Source: a virus
Lineage: Duplodnaviria; Heunggongvirae; Uroviricota; Caudoviricetes
Virus record (IMG/VR): IMGVR_UViG_2541047861_000013
Length of the DNA stretch: 20,787 bases
Strand: one strand, 5' to 3'
Part shown: in pieces, positions 1-7,982 of the stretch
How the letters are laid out: each line of letters begins with the position of its first letter
How positions within the stretch are numbered: the first letter of the stretch is position 1
Program-made: the position numbers and the translations under genes
The notes under the pieces: model-generated
Database searches by the model: none
What the model saw: the letters and a program-made list of their open reading frames with translations, nothing else
Told to the model about the DNA's origin: nothing

Positions 1-180
1 AAAGCGGAGGTAATACACCGTAAGAGCTGGAAAAACCGTGCAGAAGTGGAACTGGCCACACTCACGTGGGTGGACTGGTATAACAATCGACGATTGCTGG
101 AAAGGCTGGGCCATACTCCTCCGGCAGAAGCAGAAAAAGCTTATTATGCTTCCATCGGAAACGATGATCTGGCAGCCTGA
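1..180 (+). CDS. IS3-family transposase (OrfB-like), C-terminal fragment; 5' part lies upstream of the window
   Basis: Frame 1 is open from base 1 to TGA at 178-180 and translates to ...ATLTWVDWYNNRRLLERLGHTPPAEAEKAYYASIGNDDLAA, which I recognise as the conserved C-terminal tail of IS3-family transposases. Absent from the ORF track because it has no in-window start. Confidence 0.7.
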   Translation, partial: KAEVIHRKSWKNRAEVELATLTWVDWYNNRRLLERLGHTPPAEAEKAYYASIGNDDLAA

Positions 181-222
181 GTTCACAGATAAAACACTCT
201 CCAGGAAACCCGGGTCGGTTCA
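1..222 (+). mobile_element. Right-hand end of an IS3-family insertion sequence (outer boundary approximate)
   Basis: Transposase 3' end at 180; IS3-family elements end in ...CA, and ...GGTTCA ends at 222, exactly where the adjacent minus-strand tail ORF gets its stop codon (TCA at 220-222 = TGA on minus). Terminal inverted repeat not verified. Confidence 0.45.
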
Positions 223-1131
223 GGCATTATCCTCGCCAACTACCTGCGAAGGGATATAGGAAATCACCTCGGCAGTTGCAGTAGTTCCATTTGCAGCAGT
301 GATACGGGCAATGCCAAAACCACTGTGCAGATATTCCCACTCAATGCCAGTATCATCATCACCGGATCCGCCCCAGCCATCCCATGATGTGCCTTCTGTA
401 TGCGAAGGGCGCAAAGTACCTGTTTTGCCTGCTGTAACGGCGCGATAGTAGTTACTGTCTGCACGGCGAATATCGCCAATCGACGTACTCTTACTGGTTT
501 CCCATACCGGCACTGAATCCACTGCAGGCTGTTCCAGATAGAACAATTTGCCTACCTGCTCCGCGCCAAAAATAGAGGCGCTTGCCGTTAACGTAATTGT
601 CCCGGTGCTGGCGCTGGCATAAACCGTCACTGACTCGTCAATATTGATATCTTCAAATGGCCCGTTCTTCGTTACCACATCAACCAGTTGCCAGTTGTCA
701 TGCGCATAGCGACGCAACTCTTTCGGCGGGTATGCCGGATGAACCAGCGTAAGCACGTCGGCGCTTTGCGTGAATTTAATTCGGAACAGATCGGCTTCAG
801 TATATGGCGTGGCAATTTCATAAATAACATTGCTGCTGTTCAGCACCAACGCACCATCTTTGATAACGCGCATGTACTGGTGTCCGAACTCCAGAGCATA
901 AGTCTGAACCGTCGAGAACTGGAACGGGATCAGGCGGCATTTCCGATTTGGGTATTTGGCGGCACCGACAAAACGCGTACCAGGTCGATTCTCAACGCCG
1001 CCATACTGCCGCACGATAAAGTTATCGCACTTGCGCAATGCCACCTGGTACTTCGCCATGTCGATACGACCGTACAACGACGGTCCAATCTCACCACCGG
1101 CAAAGCTGGGCTGGATCCAACTGATAGCCAT
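220..1131 (-). CDS. Tail tubular protein B (T7 gp12-like nozzle), N-terminal 303 codons; probably truncated by the IS insertion
   Basis: ORF-track protein MAISWIQPSFAGGEIGPSLYGRIDMAKYQ... follows the N-terminal pattern I remember for T7 gp12 (MA.IS....GGIS..P.L), but is far shorter than the ~800 aa of that family; stop codon coincides with the putative IS end; start overlaps upstream stop (ATGA). Confidence 0.5.
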   Translation of the reverse strand: MAISWIQPSFAGGEIGPSLYGRIDMAKYQVALRKCDNFIVRQYGGVENRPGTRFVGAAKYPNRKCRLIPFQFSTVQTYALEFGHQYMRVIKDGALVLNSSNVIYEIATPYTEADLFRIKFTQSADVLTLVHPAYPPKELRRYAHDNWQLVDVVTKNGPFEDINIDESVTVYASASTGTITLTASASIFGAEQVGKLFYLEQPAVDSVPVWETSKSTSIGDIRRADSNYYRAVTAGKTGTLRPSHTEGTSWDGWGGSGDDDTGIEWEYLHSGFGIARITAANGTTATAEVISYIPSQVVGEDNA

Positions 1132-1736
1132 CAGGACAACCTCGCAATGGTAAACTCGTCAACCGGTGGCTGTGGTTCCTGTGATTCATTCTGGCTATGC
1201 GAGCCAGCACTAAGAATCACGCGATTGTACATATTGAGGGCAAACGTACCGAGGTCTGCATTCCCAGTAAGCGCCATGTTAATAGCTGCCGCAAGACGCC
1301 AGGCCAGCGCCTCCATAAAAATGGCATCAAACATGTTCACATCTGTAACGCGAGAGACATACTTGAGCCATGCCTGCGGCTGGTCTGTGTAGATCAACTT
1401 TCCTGTTCCGTTGGTGTCTGCACCAACTTCGTACTGAACGCGCATTGCTGCTGTTGGATTGCGTACACCAGGAAGCATAATTTCAGTAATGCGCAGACAA
1501 TCGGACGGGTACTGATACGCATATTCCCAGTCAGGCGGTGGATTGCTCGTATCTGCAAGCGCCACGCGTTTGGTAGCAAAGTTCCAGTCAAAATCAGAAA
1601 GCACAGCATCACGGCAGGCCTCAAAGTGCAGCGAACATTCCCCCGCTTCCTTGCTGGCTTCCGTCAGGCTGTTAATACTGCGGCTGTTGCCAATATTGGA
1701 CAGCGCACGATTGCAGATCTCTACTACAGAGGCCAT
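1131..1736 (-). CDS. Tail tubular protein A / head-tail adaptor (T7 gp11-like)
   Basis: 201 aa; N-terminus MASVVEICNRALSNIGNSRSINSLTE...DFDWNF resembles the gp11 pattern (..AVNDILASIGEPPVSTLE...RGWTFN); start overlaps the stop of the upstream gene. Confidence 0.5.
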   Translation of the reverse strand: MASVVEICNRALSNIGNSRSINSLTEASKEAGECSLHFEACRDAVLSDFDWNFATKRVALADTSNPPPDWEYAYQYPSDCLRITEIMLPGVRNPTAAMRVQYEVGADTNGTGKLIYTDQPQAWLKYVSRVTDVNMFDAIFMEALAWRLAAAINMALTGNADLGTFALNMYNRVILSAGSHSQNESQEPQPPVDEFTIARLS

Positions 1737-2059
1737 TACTCACCCCCATTGCCGTACAGGGTTTCAGCCGCTGATTTTTCTACATCCCCGGAAACAGGAG
1801 CGATCGCCATATCAGTGATCTGCAGATCGGCGCTGCGATTAACACCATCGTCAGTTTCTCTGGCAGACAGGCCTCGAATAACAGCTTTTGCAGTTATCAT
1901 CACTTCTGTTCCGACGCCATGAGGTTGCGCCTTCAGCTTATTCAATGTGTCGTTATTAAGAGTGATGCACAGCCCCCACGGGTATTCATCGCGAGTTCTG
2001 GTTTCTCCGCTCTCATCCTGGTAGCTGTCAGTGCCGGTTTTGAGGTTTACGAGTTCCAT
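1736..2059 (-). CDS. Hypothetical virion/head-completion protein (107 aa)
   Basis: Start moved to ATG at 2059 (MELVNLK...), which has an AGGAG Shine-Dalgarno 5 nt upstream; the track's start at 2065 is a GTG inside that SD. Confidence 0.45.
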   Translation of the reverse strand: MELVNLKTGTDSYQDESGETRTRDEYPWGLCITLNNDTLNKLKAQPHGVGTEVMITAKAVIRGLSARETDDGVNRSADLQITDMAIAPVSGDVEKSAAETLYGNGGE

Positions 2060-2075
2060 ATACACTCCTGCAATA

Positions 2076-2094
2076 AAGGGGCCGAAGCCCCTTG
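2076..2094 (-). terminator. GC-rich hairpin GGGGC-UUCG-GCCCC with weak U-tract; possible partial terminator or mRNA-stabilising element in the late operon
   Basis: Perfect 5-bp GC stem (7 bp with flanking A-U pairs) around a UUCG tetraloop, 15 nt downstream of the 2110 stop; followed on the minus strand by UUUAUUG. Confidence 0.25.
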
Positions 2095-2109
2095 TCGGAT
2101 TCGCGAGGC

Positions 2110-2445
2110 TTACACGCCTAGTTCTTTACGCTTATCTGCGATCTTCTCGCGGAGCGTTTCGGCTTTGGCGTTATGGTGTGGCTTCTCGTTAAAGAGCAAT
2201 TCGTACTCTTCACGGAGCTTATCCAGTTCACCATCATCTGACACATCGTTGATGATTTTGGTGCTGGTTGCTGCCATTGACACCTTTCCTGCAACTTTTG
2301 CTTTTGCCTGTCTGGCTGCATCGTTAACAGGTTCCAGTGCGCTACCAGGCTCACCTTCGTATTCTATTTCTGCCCCCTCCGGCCACAGAGTGTTATGGAT
2401 ATGAGAGAGGCGCAGAACGCGGTATCTTGGTTTCTCACCTGACAT
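2110..2445 (-). CDS. Hypothetical structural-module protein (111 aa, Lys/Glu-rich)
   Basis: ATG at 2445 (MSGEKPRYRV...) has an AAGGTGA SD 5 nt upstream; the track's start at 2454 is a GTG inside the SD. Confidence 0.45.
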   Translation of the reverse strand: MSGEKPRYRVLRLSHIHNTLWPEGAEIEYEGEPGSALEPVNDAARQAKAKVAGKVSMAATSTKIINDVSDDGELDKLREEYELLFNEKPHHNAKAETLREKIADKRKELGV

Positions 2446-2455
2446 CGATATCACC

Positions 2456-2893
2456 TTAACCAGTTACTTTTGAGCGGATCGGATACGGCGTATTGGCATC
2501 AACATCAAGACTGATACCAGCAGTGAATTCGCCAGCCGTTAGTGGGCCAGTTGCGACAGAGTAGTTAACACGCAGATATCGCTGAACACCGGCAGGCACC
2601 TTTGCAGAAACAACTCGTTTACCTGCTGTCAGGGCGGTCTTTGCCAGTGCGCCACTATCATAAATAGTGGTCCATGAGCTGTTATTCTCACTCGTCTGCA
2701 ACTGGATGTTTACAGTTGCATCACCGCTTGCCGCGGCGGCTGTGTTAACCAGCGCCCAAAACTCAAGCGGGTAACCCACGCCGATATCACGACGTTTTCC
2801 GTCAATTGGACCGAGATCGATTACGTCAGTAGAAGCCGCGGTATTCGTAACCGCCTGAGCTTCGGAGAACATCAACAGTTTGTCGGTGATCAT
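2456..2893 (-). CDS. Putative capsid accessory/decoration protein (145 aa)
   Basis: Immediately downstream of the major capsid gene; Gly/Thr/Val/Ala-rich composition; GGAGA SD 6 nt before the ATG at 2893. Function assigned by position only. Confidence 0.45.
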   Translation of the reverse strand: MITDKLLMFSEAQAVTNTAASTDVIDLGPIDGKRRDIGVGYPLEFWALVNTAAAASGDATVNIQLQTSENNSSWTTIYDSGALAKTALTAGKRVVSAKVPAGVQRYLRVNYSVATGPLTAGEFTAGISLDVDANTPYPIRSKVTG

Positions 2894-2944
2894 CTTCTTT
2901 CTCCATTAGTGGGTCTGTTACGACCCACAGGTTAATAACAGGCG

Positions 2945-3937
2945 TTACACCACGCGGGCTTCTGTTTCCAGAAGCGCATCAGTTTCACGGATTGGTACAC
3001 CACGGAATGAAGTCCACCACTCGCCTTCTGTCTCTTTTACGCTGATAGCCAGAGATGTTTTCTCCAGAGACTGCAGATCAAGAGCCTGGCCTACAGTGCG
3101 GTTCATGTAGAACACCGGGCGGCCCATGCCACGGTTTGGAATGCGATGTAGTGCTTTAACCATCAACTTCGCAATATTTGCGGCAGAGGATGGTTCTGAA
3201 AGATTGCTGACATCGATGTTTGCAATGCGAACAACATAACGCCAGTCACGCAGAGCAAGTCCGTTATCCCATTTGTAATGGGTGCGATAGCCTTCGTACT
3301 TGCCGCCATTAGCATCTTCCAGTGTCACCTGGCCTTTATCTTCCATCTGGATGCCAGCCTTCTGCCCTTTCGGGAAGATGCCATGCACGGTGTTTTCGCC
3401 CCACACCACTAACCAGATTGAGGTGTTATCTGTACCCGTGCCACCAGCATCAATGATGTTCTGAGCATTACCCGCAGACAGGCTGGAATAGCGGGAGGAC
3501 AGTCCCATAAACTGCTGAGGGTTAACGCTGGAATCACCATAAAACAGCGTCTGCGCCATCTGCTGATTCATCGCTTCAATAAATGCGCGGTCTTCAGACA
3601 GGCGGAATTCGGCGGTATTGCCGTTCAGATCAGCCAGTGACTTATCGACTTCCGCATAGGTTTCCAGCATGCCAACGGAATCGGTTACCTGCACTGTGGT
3701 TGATTTGCTTGGCTGTACGCCATAGTTCAGCAAACGCCAGGTAGCTGAAGGTAAACCAGAACGAATGGTGGTTCGGTGTCCGGTAGGAAGGTTCCCTTCG
3801 ACAAAAGGCATATCCTGAAGGATCGGGTTAGTTTGACCGAGAAGCTCGATAATCTTATCGACTTTCCCGTTTGGATCGACGCGCTTACCCCAGTCAGCCA
3901 GCGTTAGCGCAGTTAAGCCTTTAACAGCCATTGTCAT
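2945..3937 (-). CDS. Major capsid protein
   Basis: ~330 aa ORF after the scaffold gene in the canonical portal-scaffold-capsid order; the second ATG (3931) has the better SD spacing. Not confirmed by homology search. Confidence 0.65.
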   Translation of the reverse strand: MTMAVKGLTALTLADWGKRVDPNGKVDKIIELLGQTNPILQDMPFVEGNLPTGHRTTIRSGLPSATWRLLNYGVQPSKSTTVQVTDSVGMLETYAEVDKSLADLNGNTAEFRLSEDRAFIEAMNQQMAQTLFYGDSSVNPQQFMGLSSRYSSLSAGNAQNIIDAGGTGTDNTSIWLVVWGENTVHGIFPKGQKAGIQMEDKGQVTLEDANGGKYEGYRTHYKWDNGLALRDWRYVVRIANIDVSNLSEPSSAANIAKLMVKALHRIPNRGMGRPVFYMNRTVGQALDLQSLEKTSLAISVKETEGEWWTSFRGVPIRETDALLETEARVV

Positions 3938-3945
3938 TTCCTCTC

Positions 3946-4641
3946 TTATTTGCCATAGAGCACTTCGGCCGCACTACGCTGGCCTTCATTACCACCGGTG
4001 ACCATGCCATCTTCAGACATCGCCTTTCCGATTTTCACGAACGTTTTGACCAGATCAGGGTGATTACCCAGCCCGGTGGTGTTCAGATATTCTTTGAGTT
4101 CAGGTGTCCCGAACTGGTCAAGCGCACGCTGTGCGGCGCTAAGGTTAGAAATCAACTTGTCGCCACCGATTTCTTTGTCGGCTTTTACATCCACAGCCCA
4201 CTGCTCGGTTGTTTTCTGCCAGGCTTCTGCCTGGCGCTGCTGAACACCTGCCAGAATCTTCGGATAAGCATCAACCAGCTTTTGCGCTTGCTCGTTGGTC
4301 AGGTTTAGTTCTCGCGCCACCGGCTCGAATTCCTTCAACGCTTCTGTATCCAGCTCTACGCCTTCGGCAGCCTGAAACTCGTACTTTTCAGGCGCACCCT
4401 CTGGTTTATCGCCGTCCTTTTTTTCATCCTGCTTATCGTTTTCAGGCTTTTTGTCATCAGCAGGTTTATCGCCATCAGCAACAGGTTGTGGCTTATCACC
4501 TTCCTGTTGTGATGGATCACCAACTGGAGCAGGGTTATCACCTGCAGGCGCTGACGGTTCTGACGCAGCCGGAGCTGCTCCACCATCGACTGGTTGCTCA
4601 TTGCAAAGACGGCGATACAGCAAACGCTCAAATAAATTCAT
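3946..4641 (-). CDS. Scaffolding protein
   Basis: Acidic, low-complexity Ala/Pro/Asp/Lys-rich N-terminal half followed by a helical-looking C-terminal half, between portal and capsid; ATG at 4641 has AGGAG 5 nt upstream (track start 4647 is GTG). Confidence 0.55.
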   Translation of the reverse strand: MNLFERLLYRRLCNEQPVDGGAAPAASEPSAPAGDNPAPVGDPSQQEGDKPQPVADGDKPADDKKPENDKQDEKKDGDKPEGAPEKYEFQAAEGVELDTEALKEFEPVARELNLTNEQAQKLVDAYPKILAGVQQRQAEAWQKTTEQWAVDVKADKEIGGDKLISNLSAAQRALDQFGTPELKEYLNTTGLGNHPDLVKTFVKIGKAMSEDGMVTGGNEGQRSAAEVLYGK

Positions 4642-4643
4642 GA

Positions 4644-4940
4644 TCACTCCTGTTCACTGGCCTCTTTGGCCATCTTCAAATACTGTTCAGGGCAATGCGC
4701 CATAACGCGCTGAAACAGTTCCAGCGCCAGATTGCGTTGCCCCTCATTAAATGCCATTGCCATAGCGTCCATCGGTGAGATAGCGGAAAACACACGGCCT
4801 TTCTCCAGCACTGACCAGACAACGCGACGCCCCTGTTCACTGCTCATGACAAAGCGAATGTCATCAATTTCACGCTGTGCCATGTCACGTTGCTTACGGG
4901 CGTTTTCTTCTTTCAGTTGATCGTCTTCGTAATCTGTCAT
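4644..4940 (-). CDS. Hypothetical head-module protein (98 aa)
   Basis: ATG overlaps the portal stop (ATGA); charged, helical-looking sequence. Confidence 0.45.
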   Translation of the reverse strand: MTDYEDDQLKEENARKQRDMAQREIDDIRFVMSSEQGRRVVWSVLEKGRVFSAISPMDAMAMAFNEGQRNLALELFQRVMAHCPEQYLKMAKEASEQE

Positions 4941-6616
4941 TGTGATTGCCCACCCTGACCACTAACTGCATTCGCCATAGCTGACAAAACACTCGGATCC
5001 GAAGTTTTAGCTTCGCTTAGCGTCTTGGCACCCTGTGCCGCCACCATCCCCATCGCCATCATTTGTTGCTGCTGTTGTTGCTGTGCCCGTTGCTGGCGAG
5101 CCTGCTCAACCTGTTCCTGCGGAACAATGACGGTTGGAGACACTCCGGACATATCAGCGAATGCATCGATCGCCTGATCAACGTTGAGTTTGTCGAGAGC
5201 TTCTGGTTTCGCTTGCGCAAGTTGACCAATGAAGTTGACCGTAGACGCCAGACTGGACAGGCCGATAGACTTCTGCGCCTGAGCCATGACGGAAATGTAT
5301 TCGACCTTCAGGGGCATACCTTCCATCGCGTCAGGCGGTGGCGGCAGCATGTTTTTACGCACCATCATCGAGAAAGCGCGGTCAATGAGAGGATTAAGAC
5401 ATTCGTCGTTCAGACGCTCCAGAACCGGCCCCAACATCAGAAGTTTTTCTTCTTTCATTTCGATCACCGCTTCAACAGGCATCGAGCGGGTATTGATGTT
5501 CTGCAACATCATGAACAGATCGACAAAGTAGGCGCTGTTAATGATTTGACGGGTGTCCTGAATGTCTGCCACCAAATCTGCTGTACTGGGGTTAACCAGA
5601 TAAGCAGGCCTGAAACCATCCTGACCAGTAATCTGATCGATATACGTGATGTCGCCAGGAAGAAGGGAGGCACGCTGATTCTTGAGGGAAGTCGGAGCAA
5701 CCATCGGCGGATTGGTGGCTTTATCAATCAACTGCGACTTGCGCTTCTGGAGAAGCTGCAATGCCTTAACAGGTCCAAGCGCCAGCATACCCGGGCATGA
5801 TGATCCATAAACATCTTCGCCGTTAACTTCCCAGCGCGGAGCCATAATTGGAAACTCATCGAATCCGGACTCACGCAACAACTTGTCGTTATCGCCACCA
5901 ACCTCGTAATAAACCGATTTGAATGGCTTGTTCTTGCTATCCAGCTTCGATGTATCGCGGTCAATGTTCGGGTAAACCGAATGCATCACTTCAATCCACT
6001 TCTCGTAGGTGCCGCTTTCCCACATGCTTTTTACGGATTCGCTGACGTTATTTAGCCCGAACTCCTGAACAAGCTGACGAACAGTCATAGAGAACTTGCG
6101 AAAACAGGTGTCCACACTGCCACGAGGTGAGTTAGCCAGGTAGTAACTGCCTATCGGGAATGGCATTGTGCGAATGATGTCCTTGTCATCCTCCAGCACC
6201 GCCATTGCACCAGTGCTGTATGTGCCGAGGCTTCCGTATAACTGCGGAAGAGACTGGTAGAGATTCGACTTATTGAACATATCGTTCATGCGGTTCTGAA
6301 CTGCCTCAAGCCACAACTTAACAGGGCCATAGTCCATCATTTCAGGATCTGGCGTAGCCAGGCGAAACCACGGACGGGCGGGGCTTGTTATGCCTGACAT
6401 CATGCCGCTGGCAAGAGTGCGCGCCGCCATAGTCCCGGTCGAATCAATAATGCGTGTATTGCGTCGATCGTTACGGTTAACCTCAGAAGTCAGAAAGCGG
6501 GAACCACGCGGGTTGATGTAATCACTCAACTCGCGCCAGTGCGGCTCGAACGACTGACGCTCGCTTTCAAGTTGTGCGAACTGTTTGTTCAATCGCTCTT
6601 TAGTTGTTTCCGCCAT
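4937..6616 (-). CDS. Portal protein
   Basis: 559-aa ORF directly downstream of the terminase module with a Gln/Ala/Met-rich C-terminal tail; GGAG SD 8 nt upstream. Assignment by size and synteny. Confidence 0.7.
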   Translation of the reverse strand: MAETTKERLNKQFAQLESERQSFEPHWRELSDYINPRGSRFLTSEVNRNDRRNTRIIDSTGTMAARTLASGMMSGITSPARPWFRLATPDPEMMDYGPVKLWLEAVQNRMNDMFNKSNLYQSLPQLYGSLGTYSTGAMAVLEDDKDIIRTMPFPIGSYYLANSPRGSVDTCFRKFSMTVRQLVQEFGLNNVSESVKSMWESGTYEKWIEVMHSVYPNIDRDTSKLDSKNKPFKSVYYEVGGDNDKLLRESGFDEFPIMAPRWEVNGEDVYGSSCPGMLALGPVKALQLLQKRKSQLIDKATNPPMVAPTSLKNQRASLLPGDITYIDQITGQDGFRPAYLVNPSTADLVADIQDTRQIINSAYFVDLFMMLQNINTRSMPVEAVIEMKEEKLLMLGPVLERLNDECLNPLIDRAFSMMVRKNMLPPPPDAMEGMPLKVEYISVMAQAQKSIGLSSLASTVNFIGQLAQAKPEALDKLNVDQAIDAFADMSGVSPTVIVPQEQVEQARQQRAQQQQQQQMMAMGMVAAQGAKTLSEAKTSDPSVLSAMANAVSGQGGQSQ

Positions 6617-6630
6617 TTCAATGACTCCGG

Positions 6631-6837
6631 TTACTGACCAAGCAGCGTTTTACCGCTGGTATTAGCGGTTGATGTGTCGCCCTGAGAACCGGTAAGCAGC
6701 GTAGAACTACGACCAGCAGCAGCGCGACGGCGACGAGTTTCTTCGTCGCGGGCATCAACAACGGCGGCATCCTGCTCCTGTGGTGCTGCCTGAACTTCTG
6801 GTGTTGCAGGCACTGATGGTGAGCTACCCATGCACAT
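6631..6837 (-). CDS. Hypothetical small protein (68 aa, low complexity)
   Basis: Its translation-initiation region CGGAGTCATTGAT-ATG is a near-exact copy of the portal one (CGGAGTCATTGAA-ATG), which supports this frame over the overlapping 79-codon frame. Confidence 0.4.
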   Translation of the reverse strand: MCMGSSPSVPATPEVQAAPQEQDAAVVDARDEETRRRRAAAGRSSTLLTGSQGDTSTANTSGKTLLGQ

Positions 6838-6905
6838 ATCAATGACTCCGTACGCAATTAAATTATTACCAATTTAACCACATATGATTTATTTATCGTA
6901 GACAG

Positions 6906-6942
6906 TTGACATTTAACGCACGAATTATTACCTTTCAGGTAA
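6906..6942 (+). promoter_or_regulatory. Promoter-like TTGACA followed by a perfect TTACC-N5-GGTAA operator (6928-6942)
   Basis: TTGACA at 6906-6911; perfect 15-bp palindrome TTACCTTTCAGGTAA at 6928-6942. Which strand it serves (plus toward the tRNA, or minus toward the portal operon) is unresolved. Confidence 0.35.
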
Positions 6943-7264
6943 CCAAAGAATTCACTCCAGTTACTAATCTGACTGGCTTGTCGTTAAATTGAACAGGTGG
7001 GGTGAGCTTTTATTTTGAGCAGTACGGCGTATGGCACATGCGCCGATAGCGGTCTGGATACGTTTAAGGGGCACCCTCCCTTGCTCGGGCAAACGAACCA
7101 GGTAGCCGGAATGTGCAAGTCGAGCGGTTTTATTCCGCGCACGGGGATTCACCATCCCGGCGATTCGGTGTGACACCTCGGAAGAGACGAGGGTACAACG
7201 ATGAGAGCATTTATGGAGCCGCGACAAAGTGTGGCGCCTTAACAGGCTAAGTGCTCTCAGCGTT

Positions 7265-7341
7265 GTGGCATTAGCTCAGTTGGACAGAGCAACCGCCTTC
7301 TAAGCGGTTGGTCGCAGGTTCGAATCCTGCATGCCGCGCCA
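7265..7341 (+). tRNA. tRNA-Arg, anticodon UCU (argU-like), 3' CCA encoded
   Basis: Hand-folded cloverleaf: acceptor GTGGCAT/ATGCCGC (one G-U pair), D-stem GCTC/GAGC, anticodon stem ACCGC/GCGGT with loop CTTCTAA (anticodon TCT), T-stem GCAGG/CCTGC with TTCGAAT loop, discriminator G, CCA. Close to, but not identical with, my recollection of E. coli argU. Confidence 0.85.
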
Positions 7342-7384
7342 GAATCACGCCTAAGGACCGTGATGCCAGAAGTTCCAGGTGCTT

Positions 7385-7427
7385 GGCGGTGATGGTTTCC
7401 CTTGAAGGACTATCACCGCCCTTTTTA
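7385..7427 (+). terminator. Intrinsic terminator downstream of the tRNA
   Basis: GGCGGTGAT...ATCACCGCC stem followed by CTTTTTA. Confidence 0.5.
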
Positions 7428-7504
7428 CAGCAGGACGCCATTGCGATGACTTCATGCTGTAAACCCGTACAGCCACGGAAGGCATAACTCATTGCTTCCA
7501 GTTC

Positions 7505-7528
7505 GCCCGGTTCGCCGGGCATTTTTTT
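7505..7528 (+). terminator. Intrinsic terminator-like hairpin directly upstream of the moron ORF's ribosome-binding site
   Basis: GCCCGG-ttcg-CCGGGC followed by A-TTTTTTT, ending 11 nt before the ATG at 7540. Confidence 0.5.
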
Positions 7529-7539
7529 AAGGTGAGATC

Positions 7540-7962
7540 ATGAAAACAATTGATATGTTGGCTAAGTATCTAAATGAATGGCCATTAAAATATTCTCGTA
7601 TCGTTCAGGCTGAAGACTGCGTTTTTTATGGCGTTTTTGCTGGTAATGAAATGCATTACGAAGTAATTCAGAGTGAGGGACTGACCGGGTTAACTCTTAG
7701 CGAAGACCATGGTACTAGCGTTACGTTCCATGACTGGATAACAGCACAACGTTCTGAAATGGAAAAAGGCGATGTGTTTGATATTTCTCGCTCTGTTTGC
7801 GCTAAAGCAAAAAGTGATAATGATTACATGAGCGAACACTTATACAACATGAAGCTACAGTGCCTTGCCGAGGTGCTTGGTAAAAAAGCTATTGTCGATA
7901 AACAAGGCGCCATTAGCGAAGCAAAGGCAATAAATGCTGCATTTGATGAAATTATTTTCTAG
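7540..7962 (+). CDS. Hypothetical protein, 140 aa; AT-rich moron transcribed opposite to the late operon
   Basis: AAGGTG SD 5 nt before the ATG; a hand count of the first 120 nt gives roughly 35-40% GC, clearly below the flanking phage genes by eye; own downstream terminator; no transmembrane segment or recognisable catalytic motif. Confidence 0.6.
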   Translation: MKTIDMLAKYLNEWPLKYSRIVQAEDCVFYGVFAGNEMHYEVIQSEGLTGLTLSEDHGTSVTFHDWITAQRSEMEKGDVFDISRSVCAKAKSDNDYMSEHLYNMKLQCLAEVLGKKAIVDKQGAISEAKAINAAFDEIIF

Positions 7963-7965
7963 CTC

Positions 7966-7979
7966 TGTGACATGTCACA
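7966..7979. repeat. Perfect 14-bp palindrome TGTGACATGTCACA
   Basis: Read directly; sits between the moron stop (7962) and its terminator. A 13/14 copy lies at 10417-10430. Confidence 0.6.
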
Positions 7980-7982
7980 AAC

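Noticed and set aside
38-259. 73-codon plus-strand ORF at the left edge
   Set aside because: It is out of frame with the clearly recognisable IS3-family transposase C-terminus, which occupies frame 1 up to position 180; treated as a shadow frame.
688-1922. Long plus-strand ORFs (688-1392, 1197-1922) antisense to the tail genes
   Set aside because: They lie entirely within minus-strand structural genes that have coupled starts and SD sites; Arg/Cys-rich composition typical of antisense shadows.
5063-5800. 245-codon plus-strand ORF inside the portal gene
   Set aside because: Antisense to the portal ORF; His/Arg-rich, no SD; shadow frame.
6618-6857. 79-codon minus-strand ORF overlapping the 68-codon ORF in another frame
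   Set aside because: The 68-codon frame has the portal-like GGAG-N8-ATG initiation context; the 79-codon frame has none.
6964-7227. 87-codon minus-strand ORF in the region upstream of the tRNA
   Set aside because: Arg/Ser/His-rich low-complexity translation, no SD, and antisense to the tRNA-proximal leader; more likely non-coding.
7446-7487. 13-codon mini-ORF (MTSCCKPVQPRKA) between the two plus-strand terminators
   Set aside because: Too short and with a weak, distant SD to call as a gene; kept only as a possible leader peptide under the terminator finding.
7271-7522. 83-codon minus-strand ORF overlapping the tRNA
   Set aside because: Overlaps a well-folded tRNA and two plus-strand terminator hairpins; spurious.
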